Origin: an uncultured Candidatus Saccharibacteria bacterium
Lineage (GTDB): Bacteria; Patescibacteriota; Doudnabacteria; UBA920
DNA: 64,000 nucleotides
NCBI GenBank assembly: GCA_964512925.1
Contig: CAZEKH010000001.1
Coordinates: forward strand, 136,226-200,225
Reading direction: 5' to 3'
Shown here: positions 9,738-18,936 of the stretch, in pieces
Layout of the letters: each line of letters opens with the position of its first letter
Position numbering within the stretch: position 1 is the stretch's first letter
Notes under the pieces: generated by a model
What the model was told of the DNA's origin: nothing
What the model saw: the letters and a program-made list of their open reading frames with translations, nothing else
Databases searched by the model: none
Program-made: the position numbers and the translations under genes

Positions 9738-10502
9738 ATGGAAAATTTAGATGATACACCAATTCATAGCAAAGTGCAAAAAGCCATTCAGAGTGGAGAT
9801 GTTAAAATGCGCCCCAGATGGGTGTTTGGACTAAAAACTTTTTCTGCTGTTTTGGGTTTTGTTTTGCTGATTTTGTCTTTGTGGTATATTGGCAGTCTGA
9901 TTGTGTTTCTGCTCAGCGCGAACGGGCTGTGGGCAGCCCCGGGTTTTGGCTTTAGAGGGTTGGTTGCTTTTTTATGGTCAGTGCCCTGGGTTTTGTTGGT
10001 TTTATCGCTTATGTTTTTGTTTGTGGTAGGCCTCTTGGTTAGCCATTTTTCTTTTGCCTATGGCAGGCCTTTGATTTTTACCGCTTTCGGCATAATAGTA
10101 GTTAGCGTTGCCGGGACTGTTATTGTATATCTAACCCCTTTGCATCAGAATTTGTTTTTACAGGCCAGGATGCACAAATTGCCGTTTGGGGAAAATCTAT
10201 ACCAAGGTTATGGGTTTTCCAGGTCTGAAAAATTGGCAGCGGGCGAAGTGATGCAGATTGTGCCTGAGGGTTATGTGCTGGAAACCCCGCAGGAAGAAAT
10301 ATTATATGTATTAGTGGCTCCGGACACGGATTTTTCTTATGGTAGGGATATAGATTTGGGGGATAGGATTTTAGTTATAGGCGTCAGGCGTAAAAATACC
10401 ATAGATGCCAGAGCTGTCAGGGAGCTTAAGAGTCAGGAATTTTTAAGGCCCAGAGGTGCCTATGAGGGTAAATTTAAAATGCTTCAGCTGCCGGTGAAAT
10501 AA
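9738..10502 (+). CDS. membrane protein, putative anti-sigma factor partner of the ECF sigma
   Basis: Starts 5 nt after the sigma gene. Several TM helices. Function by position only. Confidence 0.45.
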   Translation: MENLDDTPIHSKVQKAIQSGDVKMRPRWVFGLKTFSAVLGFVLLILSLWYIGSLIVFLLSANGLWAAPGFGFRGLVAFLWSVPWVLLVLSLMFLFVVGLLVSHFSFAYGRPLIFTAFGIIVVSVAGTVIVYLTPLHQNLFLQARMHKLPFGENLYQGYGFSRSEKLAAGEVMQIVPEGYVLETPQEEILYVLVAPDTDFSYGRDIDLGDRILVIGVRRKNTIDARAVRELKSQEFLRPRGAYEGKFKMLQLPVK

Positions 10503-10568
10503 TATTTTTGTCCCAAGTGTAGTATGAGGCGGATATCCAAAATAATTAACCATTAAAATAAAATAGTT

Positions 10569-11000
10569 ATGAAAAAGAAATATTTTAGTTTTGCAGTGGT
10601 GCCGATTTTAACCCTGGCGCTTTTGGGCGCTGGAACAGCTTCCGCCCACGGAATGCTTGGTTTTGGACAGGCTGCCCAAAACCCCGAACAATTTGCCAGC
10701 CAAAGGCAGGCAATGTTTCAAAAAGAAGCTGAGCTGTTAGGGGTAAGCGTGGATGAAGTAAAAAATGCCTGGGCAGCAGGCAAAACGCTCGAGCAGCTGG
10801 CCCAGGAAAAGGGTATAACCAAGGACCAGCTAAAAACCAAGATGCAGGAGTTGAGAAATAAAGAACTATCAGCCCAGCTCCAAGCGTTGGTTTCTAAAGG
10901 TGTTATCACACAAGCCCAGGCTGATGCCCGTTTGCAGTTTATGAAAAACCACCAGCAGGAAGGCAAGGGCAAGCGAGGCGGATTTAGAATGCATTTTTAG
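10569..11000 (+). CDS. hypothetical secreted protein
   Basis: Signal peptide MKKKYFSFAVVPILTLALLGAGTASA. Followed by a terminator. Confidence 0.55.
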   Translation: MKKKYFSFAVVPILTLALLGAGTASAHGMLGFGQAAQNPEQFASQRQAMFQKEAELLGVSVDEVKNAWAAGKTLEQLAQEKGITKDQLKTKMQELRNKELSAQLQALVSKGVITQAQADARLQFMKNHQQEGKGKRGGFRMHF

Positions 11001-11010
11001 AACAGTTGAT

Positions 11011-11048
11011 TAAACAAGAGCCCTATTTTGGGCTCTTGTTTTGGTTTT
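11011..11048 (+). terminator. Rho-independent terminator
   Basis: AACAAGAGCCC-tatttt-GGGCTCTTGTT followed by a T-rich tail. Confidence 0.75.
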
Positions 11049-11120
11049 CCCCAAAGTATTAAATTTTAATGTATAATATATTGTAGGATATGTACTTATT
11101 TAAATGGTAAGAGTAAAAAT

Positions 11121-11552
11121 ATGGAAAATAATTTTACTGCCAAAGCTGAAATATTGATCAAAGCCTCACCGGCCAAAATTTGGCGGGCTTTGACCACGCC
11201 GGAAATAGTTAAACAGTATTTTTTTGGCACTGATGTGGTTACCAATTGGAAAGAAGGTTCCCCGATTGTATACAAAGGCGAATGGCAAGGAAAAAAATAT
11301 GAGGATAAAGGCAAGATTGTCCAGGTGGAGCCGGAAAAACTTTTGGTTACAACTTACTGGTCAAGTTTATCAGGACGGCCGGATCTGCCGGAGAATTATA
11401 GCACCGTGATTTATGAACTGTTTTCCAAGGGCGAGGGAACGGAATTGGTTGTGACGCAAGATAACAATTTAAATGAAGAATCAAGATTGCATAGCGAGAA
11501 AAATTGGAAAATGGTTTTAGAAGCTTTAAAAAAACTTTTGGAACATAAATAA
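11121..11552 (+). CDS. SRPBCC superfamily protein (AHSA1/Aha1-like fold)
   Basis: 143 aa. KIWRALTTPEIVKQYF... is typical of the activator of Hsp90 ATPase homolog / polyketide cyclase SnoaL-like START family. Confidence 0.55.
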   Translation: MENNFTAKAEILIKASPAKIWRALTTPEIVKQYFFGTDVVTNWKEGSPIVYKGEWQGKKYEDKGKIVQVEPEKLLVTTYWSSLSGRPDLPENYSTVIYELFSKGEGTELVVTQDNNLNEESRLHSEKNWKMVLEALKKLLEHK

Positions 11553-11583
11553 AAACTGCCCCGATATCGGGGCAGTTTTTATT
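11551..11583. terminator. bidirectional Rho-independent terminator
   Basis: AAAAACTGCCCCGATATCGGGGCAGTTTTT palindrome between convergent genes. Confidence 0.8.
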
Positions 11584-12415
11584 ATTTTTCAAATTGTCTG
11601 ATTTCTTTTGAATAGTTTGGTGTATCGCCTATTTCAAGGGATTTGTCGGTAATAAAATATTTTTTTCTGGCTTGTTCAATACTAAGGTCTGTGTCTAAGA
11701 GTTTATGTTTCAAAGCCAGCTCATCGGCTGAAGCTGTCAGCCACAATTGCCAGGACCACATAGAGATTCTGCCGGGGCTTAATTTGTTGATATGTCCGAC
11801 AATGCTGGAAGTGCAATTGGCCCAAAAAGTGTTATACCAGCGGGGTTTTGTTTGCAGCTCGTTCATAGTTTTTAGCATATCGGTTAAAAGCAGGCGCATA
11901 TTTTCAGAGGATGATGTTTTAACCGGATAAACATAAACATTGTCTTTTCTGATATTGGCTCTAAGAAGCAGCACATCCCGTTCATCGGTCGCTATGTACA
12001 TCAGCGGATAAGTATGTAGCATACCTTTCCAAATGCTGTATGTTTGAGCTTTGGTTTTTCTGGCCTCGATGCTGATGGCTAGAAAATCTCCATTTTCAAA
12101 CTCAAAAGATAGGAAAGTATGGGCCGCCAACTTGTTTTCGTTAAACGGCTCGGTAACATACCAGATTTTTTTAATTTGTCTTAAATCATAAGTTCGGTCG
12201 TAGTAACCGGGTATCATATCGTGCTCAGTCGGCGAGTAGCGGAAATTCCGCACATTTTTTATGGTTACCATATCGCCGGAAAATTCCGCAGTAGAAGGTA
12301 TTTTTAACTGTTCTTGCCAATCGCCCGTAGTTGCCGGAGTTTTCAGATTTTGCCAAAGTAAAAATACACTTAGTAAAAATATTGCGCTTAAAAAAAATTT
12401 TATTTTTTCTGTCAT
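11582..12415 (-). CDS. hypothetical secreted protein
   Basis: N-terminal signal/TM segment. No recognised motif. Confidence 0.5.
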   Translation of the reverse strand: MTEKIKFFLSAIFLLSVFLLWQNLKTPATTGDWQEQLKIPSTAEFSGDMVTIKNVRNFRYSPTEHDMIPGYYDRTYDLRQIKKIWYVTEPFNENKLAAHTFLSFEFENGDFLAISIEARKTKAQTYSIWKGMLHTYPLMYIATDERDVLLLRANIRKDNVYVYPVKTSSSENMRLLLTDMLKTMNELQTKPRWYNTFWANCTSSIVGHINKLSPGRISMWSWQLWLTASADELALKHKLLDTDLSIEQARKKYFITDKSLEIGDTPNYSKEIRQFEK

Positions 12416-12897
12416 TTTTCGGTTGCGGTTAATTGTCCGTCTGAATTTATTATGCCGATGAACTGGGTGTCGTTTTGGTAGTGTTTTAAAACAAAAGGTA
12501 TTGAGACCTTTGCATTTTTGGTAAACTCGGCGAGTGGCAAGTTGTCTATGGGGTAAAAATTCAGAGCGCCTTCGTTGGAGTCTAAATTGTTTGGGACTGA
12601 CAACAGCACTCCCGTGTGCCAGCAGATTATAGACAAAAGGTCCGGCCTGGTTGTTAAAACGGTTAATTTTAGCTTTAAATCGGAGATTTGATCTAGGGTA
12701 ATATGGCTTTCTTCCGAAAGTTCTCTGAGTAAAGATTTTTGCAAGTCTTCAGCTTCTCCAAGTTCCAACTCGGTCTTGCCGCCTAAAGTGGAAATCAGAT
12801 TCGGATCGCGCTTTCTTTCGGGTGAACGCTTCATTAGTAAAACTTCTTTTTTGTTTGGGTGTATAAGGATCAGACCGGTTCGGCATTCAATTTTCAT
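12412..12897 (-). CDS. NUDIX hydrolase
   Basis: Nudix box GGKTELELGEAEDLQKSLLRELSEES (GX5EX7REUXEE pattern retained). Confidence 0.6.
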   Translation of the reverse strand: MKIECRTGLILIHPNKKEVLLMKRSPERKRDPNLISTLGGKTELELGEAEDLQKSLLRELSEESHITLDQISDLKLKLTVLTTRPDLLSIICWHTGVLLSVPNNLDSNEGALNFYPIDNLPLAEFTKNAKVSIPFVLKHYQNDTQFIGIINSDGQLTATEK

Positions 12898-13141
12898 TTG
12901 ATTGGGTTTTTATTAGTTTAAGTTTTTTTATTCTTGACCATTTTTTAACTTCTGACTCGCGTTTTAGAGCTTTGTTTTTGCTTCGAAATTTTTCACTATA
13001 TACTATTTTTCCGCCGCCACGGCTTCTTGTGTATTTGGCGCCCTTGCCCGTGTTGTGAAGCAGCGCGCGCTTTTTTAGGTCATTTGTTGAACCGGAGTAG
13101 AGGCTTTTGTCTTTACAAAGGAAAATGTAGAAGTAATGCAT
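12887..13141 (-). CDS. small stand-alone GIY-YIG nuclease (COG2827/UPF0213-like)
   Basis: YFYIFLC...LYSGSTNDLKKRALLHN. GIY-YIG motifs within 84 aa. Confidence 0.7.
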   Translation of the reverse strand: MHYFYIFLCKDKSLYSGSTNDLKKRALLHNTGKGAKYTRSRGGGKIVYSEKFRSKNKALKRESEVKKWSRIKKLKLIKTQSNEN

Positions 13142-13246
13142 AAAAATATTATATCATCTTTAACTTGTGAAGATTGTAAAAAACCTATAAACTTTAGACA
13201 TAGTTAAAATATTGTAATATCCGCCTTTGGCGGGGAAAGAAAAAAT

Positions 13247-13474
13247 ATGAAACAAATGACCTGCGCCCAATTGGGCGGACCCGTAAATTGCGCCGTTGCT
13301 TTTACCGGAAATTCTTTAGAAGAAATTGCCGGACAGGGCGGGACACACCTGATGTCTACCACGGACGAAGACCATAAGGCAGCCAGAGATATGATGCAAA
13401 ATAGTAAGCCTGAAGACCAGGCTCAATGGATGGCAGATATGATGCCAAAGTTTGCAGCCCAACCGGAGTTATAG
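13247..13474 (+). CDS. small hypothetical protein (DUF1059-like?)
   Basis: 75-aa ORF with a downstream terminator. Weak resemblance to small metal-binding DUF1059 proteins. Confidence 0.4.
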   Translation: MKQMTCAQLGGPVNCAVAFTGNSLEEIAGQGGTHLMSTTDEDHKAARDMMQNSKPEDQAQWMADMMPKFAAQPEL

Positions 13475-13481
13475 TTTTTTT

Positions 13482-13512
13482 AAAAGCCTTCCAAAACTTG
13501 GGAAGGCTTTTT
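13482..13512. terminator. bidirectional terminator
   Basis: AAAAGCCTTCC-aaaacttg-GGAAGGCTTTTT. Confidence 0.75.
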
Positions 13513-13517
13513 AAATG

Positions 13518-14510
13518 CTATGAATAGTTTTCTTTATGAAGTTCTTTGGGGTGAAAAAATTTGGTTAGTCCGCTGCCGAAAAACAAAAGTAAGATAGCGG
13601 CAGAATACACCACCAAGTCTTCCACTTCCCAGGCGCGGAATTGTGTGAGCATGATTACCACTGAAGTGGCAAAAAACAGGGCGATTAAAATTGTGGTTAT
13701 TCTGGTGATGTATCCGAGGATAAAAAGTATGCCAAAGATCATCTCGGCAAAGCCGGCGCTTAGCACAAACAGCCTGTCAGAGTACCAGGAAAAACCCAAA
13801 AGCCGCATAAAGTTCCAGTTATGTTCGGACAAAAAAGCTAAAGAGAGTTCCGGGTACATAAGTTTTTCCGTAAAAGCCATCACTATCAGAGAAATACCTA
13901 CAGTTACCCTGACCATTTCTACCGAGTGTTTGTCCAATTTTTTAAACCGAGAATTCTCCGGTGAATTTTTGATAAAGAAAAAGAGAGCCAGACCCAAAAG
14001 CAGAAGATTTTCCAACAATGCCGCAGGGGAGGCGAGTATGCCAAGAAAAAGCAGGAGCCCAAAAAGCATCATTGAAGCAGCTCGGGGAAATATATTAAAC
14101 ACAAATAGGAGACCGGCCAAAACCTGGACAGCCCCGAGTATGGAAGTTAGTGTGTTGGTTATGGGCAGGTCAGGGCTAAGGATGAGGCTCCAGATAAAAG
14201 TTACAGTGATGAGGAACACACCCAAGATCGCTTGCGCGGTTTGAATGATTCCACGTTCTTTTCTTTCCGCAAAATCCAGTATTTTTTGCCAGGTTTTAAG
14301 TTTGTGGTCTAAAAAGCTAAACAACAAAACCGCTATCAGGCTGATAACAGACCACAGCAGTACTTCTTTGCTGGTTAAGTAGTAAAACGGAGTTTTGCCG
14401 TGTTCAGCTGCAGTTATGGAAGCTGAATCCACAAACCATTTGACGTGAGCTGAGGCAAAAGCTAAGGGGCTTATAAGGCTTATAAGGATAAGTAAAAATA
14501 TTTTTTTCAT
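13518..14510 (-). CDS. polytopic integral membrane protein (possibly DoxX-like)
   Basis: Signal peptide plus about 8 predicted TM segments. Confidence 0.55.
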   Translation of the reverse strand: MKKIFLLILISLISPLAFASAHVKWFVDSASITAAEHGKTPFYYLTSKEVLLWSVISLIAVLLFSFLDHKLKTWQKILDFAERKERGIIQTAQAILGVFLITVTFIWSLILSPDLPITNTLTSILGAVQVLAGLLFVFNIFPRAASMMLFGLLLFLGILASPAALLENLLLLGLALFFFIKNSPENSRFKKLDKHSVEMVRVTVGISLIVMAFTEKLMYPELSLAFLSEHNWNFMRLLGFSWYSDRLFVLSAGFAEMIFGILFILGYITRITTILIALFFATSVVIMLTQFRAWEVEDLVVYSAAILLLFFGSGLTKFFHPKELHKENYS

Positions 14511-14609
14511 TTTTTTATTTATTTTATTTTACAACAAATCTATATAAGTATATTACACCAAAATGGGCAATTTTCAAATTTGTGGAGGTTTGGCATAAAC
14601 TGCTAAGAT

Positions 14610-15194
14610 ATGGATATGCATATAAAATCAGCGGAATTTGTAAAAGGGCTTACAGGGCCGGACGACCTGCTTTTAGATGGCACGCCTCAGGTGGCTTTTA
14701 TTGGGCGTTCCAATGTCGGCAAGTCCAGCGTGATCAATGTTCTGGCTAACAAAAAAGATTTGGCCAGAACCAGTTCTTTTCCGGGACGAACCCAACAGGT
14801 CAATGTTTTTTTGATCAATAAAGAATTTTATTTATTGGATCTGCCCGGTTATGGTTACGCGAAGGCTTCCAGGGAAATGCAGGAACAAATCCAGCAGCTC
14901 ATCTACTGGTATTTACTTGATTCCGACTATGAGCAAAAAGCTGTGGTGTTGATAGTGGACGCGGAAGTGGGTTTGACTAAAACGGACTCGCAAATGCTTT
15001 TTAGTTTGGAGGAAAAAGGGAAAAATGTTATTGTGGTGGCTAACAAAATAGACAAGCTAAAAAAAACCGCCATCCCCAGACAGTTAAAAGAAATTCAGGA
15101 TTCCATAGGCAACCATAAGCTTATTGCTTTTTCCGCAGAAAAAAAGATCGGAGTGGAGGAGTTGTTGAAAGTTGTTTTGGAAGGTATAAGTTAA
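14610..15194 (+). CDS. engB: ribosome biogenesis GTP-binding protein YihA/EngB
   Basis: G1 GRSNVGKSS, DLPGYGYA G3 region, NKIDK G4. Confidence 0.85.
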   Translation: MDMHIKSAEFVKGLTGPDDLLLDGTPQVAFIGRSNVGKSSVINVLANKKDLARTSSFPGRTQQVNVFLINKEFYLLDLPGYGYAKASREMQEQIQQLIYWYLLDSDYEQKAVVLIVDAEVGLTKTDSQMLFSLEEKGKNVIVVANKIDKLKKTAIPRQLKEIQDSIGNHKLIAFSAEKKIGVEELLKVVLEGIS

Positions 15195-15292
15195 GCAGGG
15201 TACAGGAGTAGGCCTTGAATAATTAAAAGTTCGCTTTAGTATTCTGCGTTTCACAATTTTGTCAAAAAAATCGTGAAAATATATTGTTCTCC

Positions 15293-15368
15293 TCCCTTGA
15301 GGGGAGGGGTTAGGCCTGCCCGAAATGCATGAGCATGCATATGCGATGCAGGCGGGGGAGGGTGATGC
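15293..15368. repeat. ~50-bp repeat, inverted copy at 32325-32385
   Basis: GGCCTGCCCGAAATGCATGAGCATGCATATGCGATGCAGG is the reverse complement of 32330-32378. Confidence 0.7.
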
Positions 15369-15487
15369 CGTATCGTTAATAATTTGTTAGTTAGCTCAGA
15401 GATAGTTTATTTAAATTCCTGGGGTTGAAAAAAACTGAAGAATATGGTAAACTTGCAAAAGTTTCCAGTTAAATCGTTTCATATATT

Positions 15488-15727
15488 ATGTATTACTTAT
15501 ATATAATAAAAAGTAATATTAAAGACTGGCGTTATATAGGAATCACTGACAATGTTGAAAAAAGGTTAATTGAACACAATAAAGGTAAAACCAAATCAAC
15601 TAAAGCCTATATTCCATTTACGCTTATTTATAGAGAGACTTTTTCTAACAAGACCGATGCTAGAAAAAGAGAAATATATTTGAAGAAAAATTATAAAGCA
15701 AGAGAAGAAATATTTAGAAACTTATAA
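15488..15727 (+). CDS. small stand-alone GIY-YIG nuclease
   Basis: MYYLYIIKSN...RYIGITDNVEKRLIEHN. Confidence 0.7.
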   Translation: MYYLYIIKSNIKDWRYIGITDNVEKRLIEHNKGKTKSTKAYIPFTLIYRETFSNKTDARKREIYLKKNYKAREEIFRNL

Positions 15728-15741
15728 ACATTTTCTTTTGC

Positions 15742-15816
15742 GGCGCTATCATCTAATGGTTAGGATAAGTGGTTTTCATCCACTAAATCGGGGTTCGATT
15801 CCCCGTAGCGCTACCA
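15742..15816 (+). tRNA. tRNA-Glu (anticodon UUC)
   Basis: Cloverleaf with acceptor GGCGCTA/TAGCGCT, anticodon arm AGTGG-TTTTCAT-CCACT, T-arm CGGGG-TTCGATT-CCCCG, CCA encoded. Confidence 0.8.
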
Positions 15817-15829
15817 AAGAAAATGTTTA

Positions 15830-15985
15830 TAAAAAGTTAGGACAAGTGGTTTTTCCGCCAAAGGCGGACCCGCCTCTGGCGGGTATCCTGATCACACTAA
15901 ATCTGGTTTCAATTTTACAATTTAATTTATAGAAAGATTGATCCGCCTTTGGCGGACGATTCCCCGCCGTGCCCCGCATACGAGT
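15830..15985 (+). pseudogene. disrupted tandem copy of the tRNA-Glu gene (D-arm and 3' acceptor fragments split by hairpin insertions)
   Basis: TTAGGACAAGTGGTTTT and GATTCCCCG...TAGCGCTA match the upstream tRNA. The intervening sequence holds TCCGCCAAAGGCGGA and CCCCGCATACGAGTCCGCGAGTTATGCGGGG hairpins. Confidence 0.45.
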
Positions 15986-16046
15986 CCGCGAGTTATGCGG
16001 GGTAGCGCTATGACAAAAAACTCATCCAAACCGATGAGTTTTTGGT

Positions 16047-16385
16047 ATGAAAACAATGGGTCATGTCCCCATTGTTTTCCCTAGTGAGATGATAAAAAAA
16101 GAATCTGCTCCCGCGATTGAGGCTTTTAAAGAGAGAGAAGGAAAAGTTACGGGCTTGTACGAGGAATGGGACGGCTGCTTGATTGATGATATGTTAAATG
16201 AAGAAGGTAATGCTTTTGCTCAATATTATTTTGATTTCGAAAAAGGGCAGTTTCTAAATGACTACACAAATTTATTTGATGTAGCAGACCCACGCACCTT
16301 TGATGTTCCTTGCACCTGGGAAAATTATGAAAAGTTAAAAGGCGTTATTGATAACCGTTATAACCAATGGAAGAAGTCAAAGTAA
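16047..16385 (+). CDS. hypothetical protein (low-GC islet)
   Basis: 112-aa ORF in the ~33% GC region that follows the tRNA. Confidence 0.4.
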   Translation: MKTMGHVPIVFPSEMIKKESAPAIEAFKEREGKVTGLYEEWDGCLIDDMLNEEGNAFAQYYFDFEKGQFLNDYTNLFDVADPRTFDVPCTWENYEKLKGVIDNRYNQWKKSK

Positions 16386-17452
16386 AAAAACATTTTCTTA
16401 TAATAGCGTCACAGATAGCTGAGCTATATGTCATATTCTCATATTTAATGACTTTTCTAGCACGGAAGGGCACTGATTATTTTGAAGATATTTTGCTTCC
16501 TTTTATTTTGTTTTTAATTGCTGCGGTTGTCTTTTTTACCCAGATAAAGGCAATTGAAAAATTCAGAAAGTTAATAAGCTATATTTCAATAATAAGTATT
16601 ATTGTTTTATCCTATTTAGTATTTATTATTCATAATAAAGGGTACGATTATTTTCAACTTAATTGGTGGAATTTTGAATTTTACAAATATAGAAATCTAA
16701 TTATTTTTTTGTTTCTTATTGTTGGTTCCCAAGTTGTTAAGTTATTGGCTTTGAATATAAATAAACTAAGTTATCAGAAAATAGTTGAGTCTAGTAGGTT
16801 AAAAAAGTTCTTTGTTGTTACTGCTGTAATTCTTGTAGTTGGCATTGTTTTTGTCTTCGTTATGCAAAAGCTAGAGACACACAAGATTGAAAGAACAGGA
16901 ACCGAAGTAGTAAAAAGCATTGAAAAATTTAGGTCGCAATACGGGCGCTTGCCTGAATCACGGGCCGAAATGGGACTTCCTGACACAGAAAGTACACGTC
17001 CTTTTTATACAAAAATCAGCAACGATGAGTATGAACTTAACTACCCAATAGGTTTTGATGGGGGTTATGTATATTATTCAAAAATAGGAAAGTGGCAAGA
17101 CTATCCGTCGGGCGACTTTGGTTGTGCTAACGATGACTATCAATTACTCACATCTCCTAACGGTCAACATACAGCGCGATTATTCAGAAGGGATTGTGGC
17201 GCCACAACAGATTATTCAGGACACGTAACATTGGACAGCGAACCAATTTTTGTACTTAATCATTATTATGGTAAAACTATTGAAGTAAACTGGATTAACG
17301 ACACGCATCTTTTCATTCAATATGCGTATAAGGAATCACCTGACGACGTTTCAATTTTCAAAACAGAATATAAAGGTATTAAATTAGAATATTTCTACTG
17401 GCCTTGTATTGGCCCAGTAGATAAACACCCTAAAGGGTACTGTTTAGAATAA
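16367..17452 (+). CDS. hypothetical membrane protein with C-terminal soluble domain
   Basis: 4-5 N-terminal TM helices. Low GC. Confidence 0.45.
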   Translation: MEEVKVKKHFLIIASQIAELYVIFSYLMTFLARKGTDYFEDILLPFILFLIAAVVFFTQIKAIEKFRKLISYISIISIIVLSYLVFIIHNKGYDYFQLNWWNFEFYKYRNLIIFLFLIVGSQVVKLLALNINKLSYQKIVESSRLKKFFVVTAVILVVGIVFVFVMQKLETHKIERTGTEVVKSIEKFRSQYGRLPESRAEMGLPDTESTRPFYTKISNDEYELNYPIGFDGGYVYYSKIGKWQDYPSGDFGCANDDYQLLTSPNGQHTARLFRRDCGATTDYSGHVTLDSEPIFVLNHYYGKTIEVNWINDTHLFIQYAYKESPDDVSIFKTEYKGIKLEYFYWPCIGPVDKHPKGYCLE

Positions 17453-17467
17453 TAAATCCTATATAAT

Positions 17468-18052
17468 ATGGACTTAAAATTATTTAAAGAAAAACTAGAA
17501 AAGTTTGGCGTAATTTTTGAAGCTGGTTTAAACGATAAGGAAATATTGTTTGCTGAACAAAAATATCAATTTAAATTTCCACCTGACCTTAAACAATGGC
17601 TGCAATACGCATTACCCATTCAGCTAAAGGATAACCAAGGTATGAAATTCCCTAACTGGCGAAATTTAGAAAATAAGGATTTGAAATTCCAAATGGATGG
17701 ACCTTTAGAGGGCATTTTATTCGACGTGGAAAATAATAACTATTGGCTAAATGAATTAGGTAATAAGCCTGCTGATTTGGAAGAGGCTAAAAGTATTATT
17801 TCTGATGCTATTAACAAAGCACCTAAATTAATTCCAGTATACGGACACAGATATTTACCAAGCGAGCCTTTAGAAGAAGGGAATCCAATTCTAAGTGTGC
17901 ACCAGACTGACATTATTTATTATGGAAATAATCTATGGGGTTATTTAGATATTGAGTTTGGCTCTCCTGGACAAATGGTTATTTACGTTGGTGATTCAGA
18001 AGAGCCAAAAAAAATTAAGTTTTGGTCAAGAATTATTGAAAGTAACAAGTAG
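17468..18052 (+). CDS. SUKH/SMI1-KNR4 family protein (putative immunity protein)
   Basis: N-terminal LEKFGVIFEAGLNDKEILFAEQKYQFKFPPDLKQWL pattern typical of SMI1/KNR4 (SUKH-1) domains. Confidence 0.45.
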   Translation: MDLKLFKEKLEKFGVIFEAGLNDKEILFAEQKYQFKFPPDLKQWLQYALPIQLKDNQGMKFPNWRNLENKDLKFQMDGPLEGILFDVENNNYWLNELGNKPADLEEAKSIISDAINKAPKLIPVYGHRYLPSEPLEEGNPILSVHQTDIIYYGNNLWGYLDIEFGSPGQMVIYVGDSEEPKKIKFWSRIIESNK

Positions 18053-18056
18053 CTCT

Positions 18057-18749
18057 ATGTGGCCATTTAAGAAGAAAGTAAAAGAAACTCACATACTCAC
18101 TCCTAGACAAATTAAGGAGGCTCATAAGTTAATAACGACAAATAAGCAGTTATTAGCTGAGAGTCAGATGGCGGGCTGTTATTATTGTTTAGAAATTTAT
18201 CCCGCTAAGGAAGTCGAGGAGTTTTTGGAAGTAGAAAATACAGCACTTTGTCCCAAGTGTGGTATTGATTGTGTTTTAGGAGATAAAATTGATTTCCCAT
18301 TGAATAAAGAAGTCTTACAAGAATTGCATAACTTTTGGTTTTCAGACAGGGGCTGGTCGATATTTACTGAAGATAAAGACTCTAAAAAAGCAGATGTGTT
18401 TGTAAGAAATAAGATGACTAAAGATGACAGAAAAAAGATGCCTTGGATTTTAGAATTATTAGTAACCCCAAAGTTTGCGAATGATAACCTTTCGCAAGAG
18501 GAAAAATTAAAATTACACAGCTTTATTGATGATATAGATACTGAGCTAAGAGAGGTTCGTAAAGTAGAATCAATTGTTAAACTAAACTGGTTTGTATATG
18601 AAGAAGCCTTCTTTTGTTTAGACAAGCCAGATAAGGTTGATGAAATACTAAAAGAAGTTTCAAAAAAATATAGCCCTGAAATCACTTGGCAAACAAAACT
18701 TACGAATGACCCTAAGTGGGATTCCGTATCACACTATCTGAAAATTTAA
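18057..18749 (+). CDS. hypothetical protein with CxxC...CxxC zinc-ribbon-like motif
   Basis: ATG at 18057 (the ORF track's upstream TTG extension overlaps the previous gene). CYYC...CPKC. Confidence 0.45.
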   Translation: MWPFKKKVKETHILTPRQIKEAHKLITTNKQLLAESQMAGCYYCLEIYPAKEVEEFLEVENTALCPKCGIDCVLGDKIDFPLNKEVLQELHNFWFSDRGWSIFTEDKDSKKADVFVRNKMTKDDRKKMPWILELLVTPKFANDNLSQEEKLKLHSFIDDIDTELREVRKVESIVKLNWFVYEEAFFCLDKPDKVDEILKEVSKKYSPEITWQTKLTNDPKWDSVSHYLKI

Positions 18750-18901
18750 GATAGAATTATAAACCTCTCTTACCAAAGCCAAATAAGTTTTCCACCTGTA
18801 CAGAGCGGGTCTACCAAGAAATGCTTCTCAGCCTGTGATGGGGGATTTTTTCTTGATACAAAGTCCCACTTGCAAAGATCATCTTCGTTCACTTCGTTCA
18901 T

Positions 18902-18932
18902 AAAAAACCCCGACCTTGTGTCGGGATTTTTG
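18902..18932 (+). terminator. Rho-independent terminator
   Basis: AAAAAACCCCGACC-ttgtg-TCGGGATTTTTG. Confidence 0.8.
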
Positions 18933-18936
18933 TAAA

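Noticed and set aside
15738-15932. 64-aa ORF overlapping tRNA-Glu
   Set aside because: It is the translation of the tRNA gene and its degenerate tandem copy. Not a coding gene.
17952-18056. TTG-initiated 5' extension of the 18057-18749 gene
   Set aside because: It overlaps the preceding SUKH-like gene by 100 bp. An ATG at 18057 gives a non-overlapping gene.
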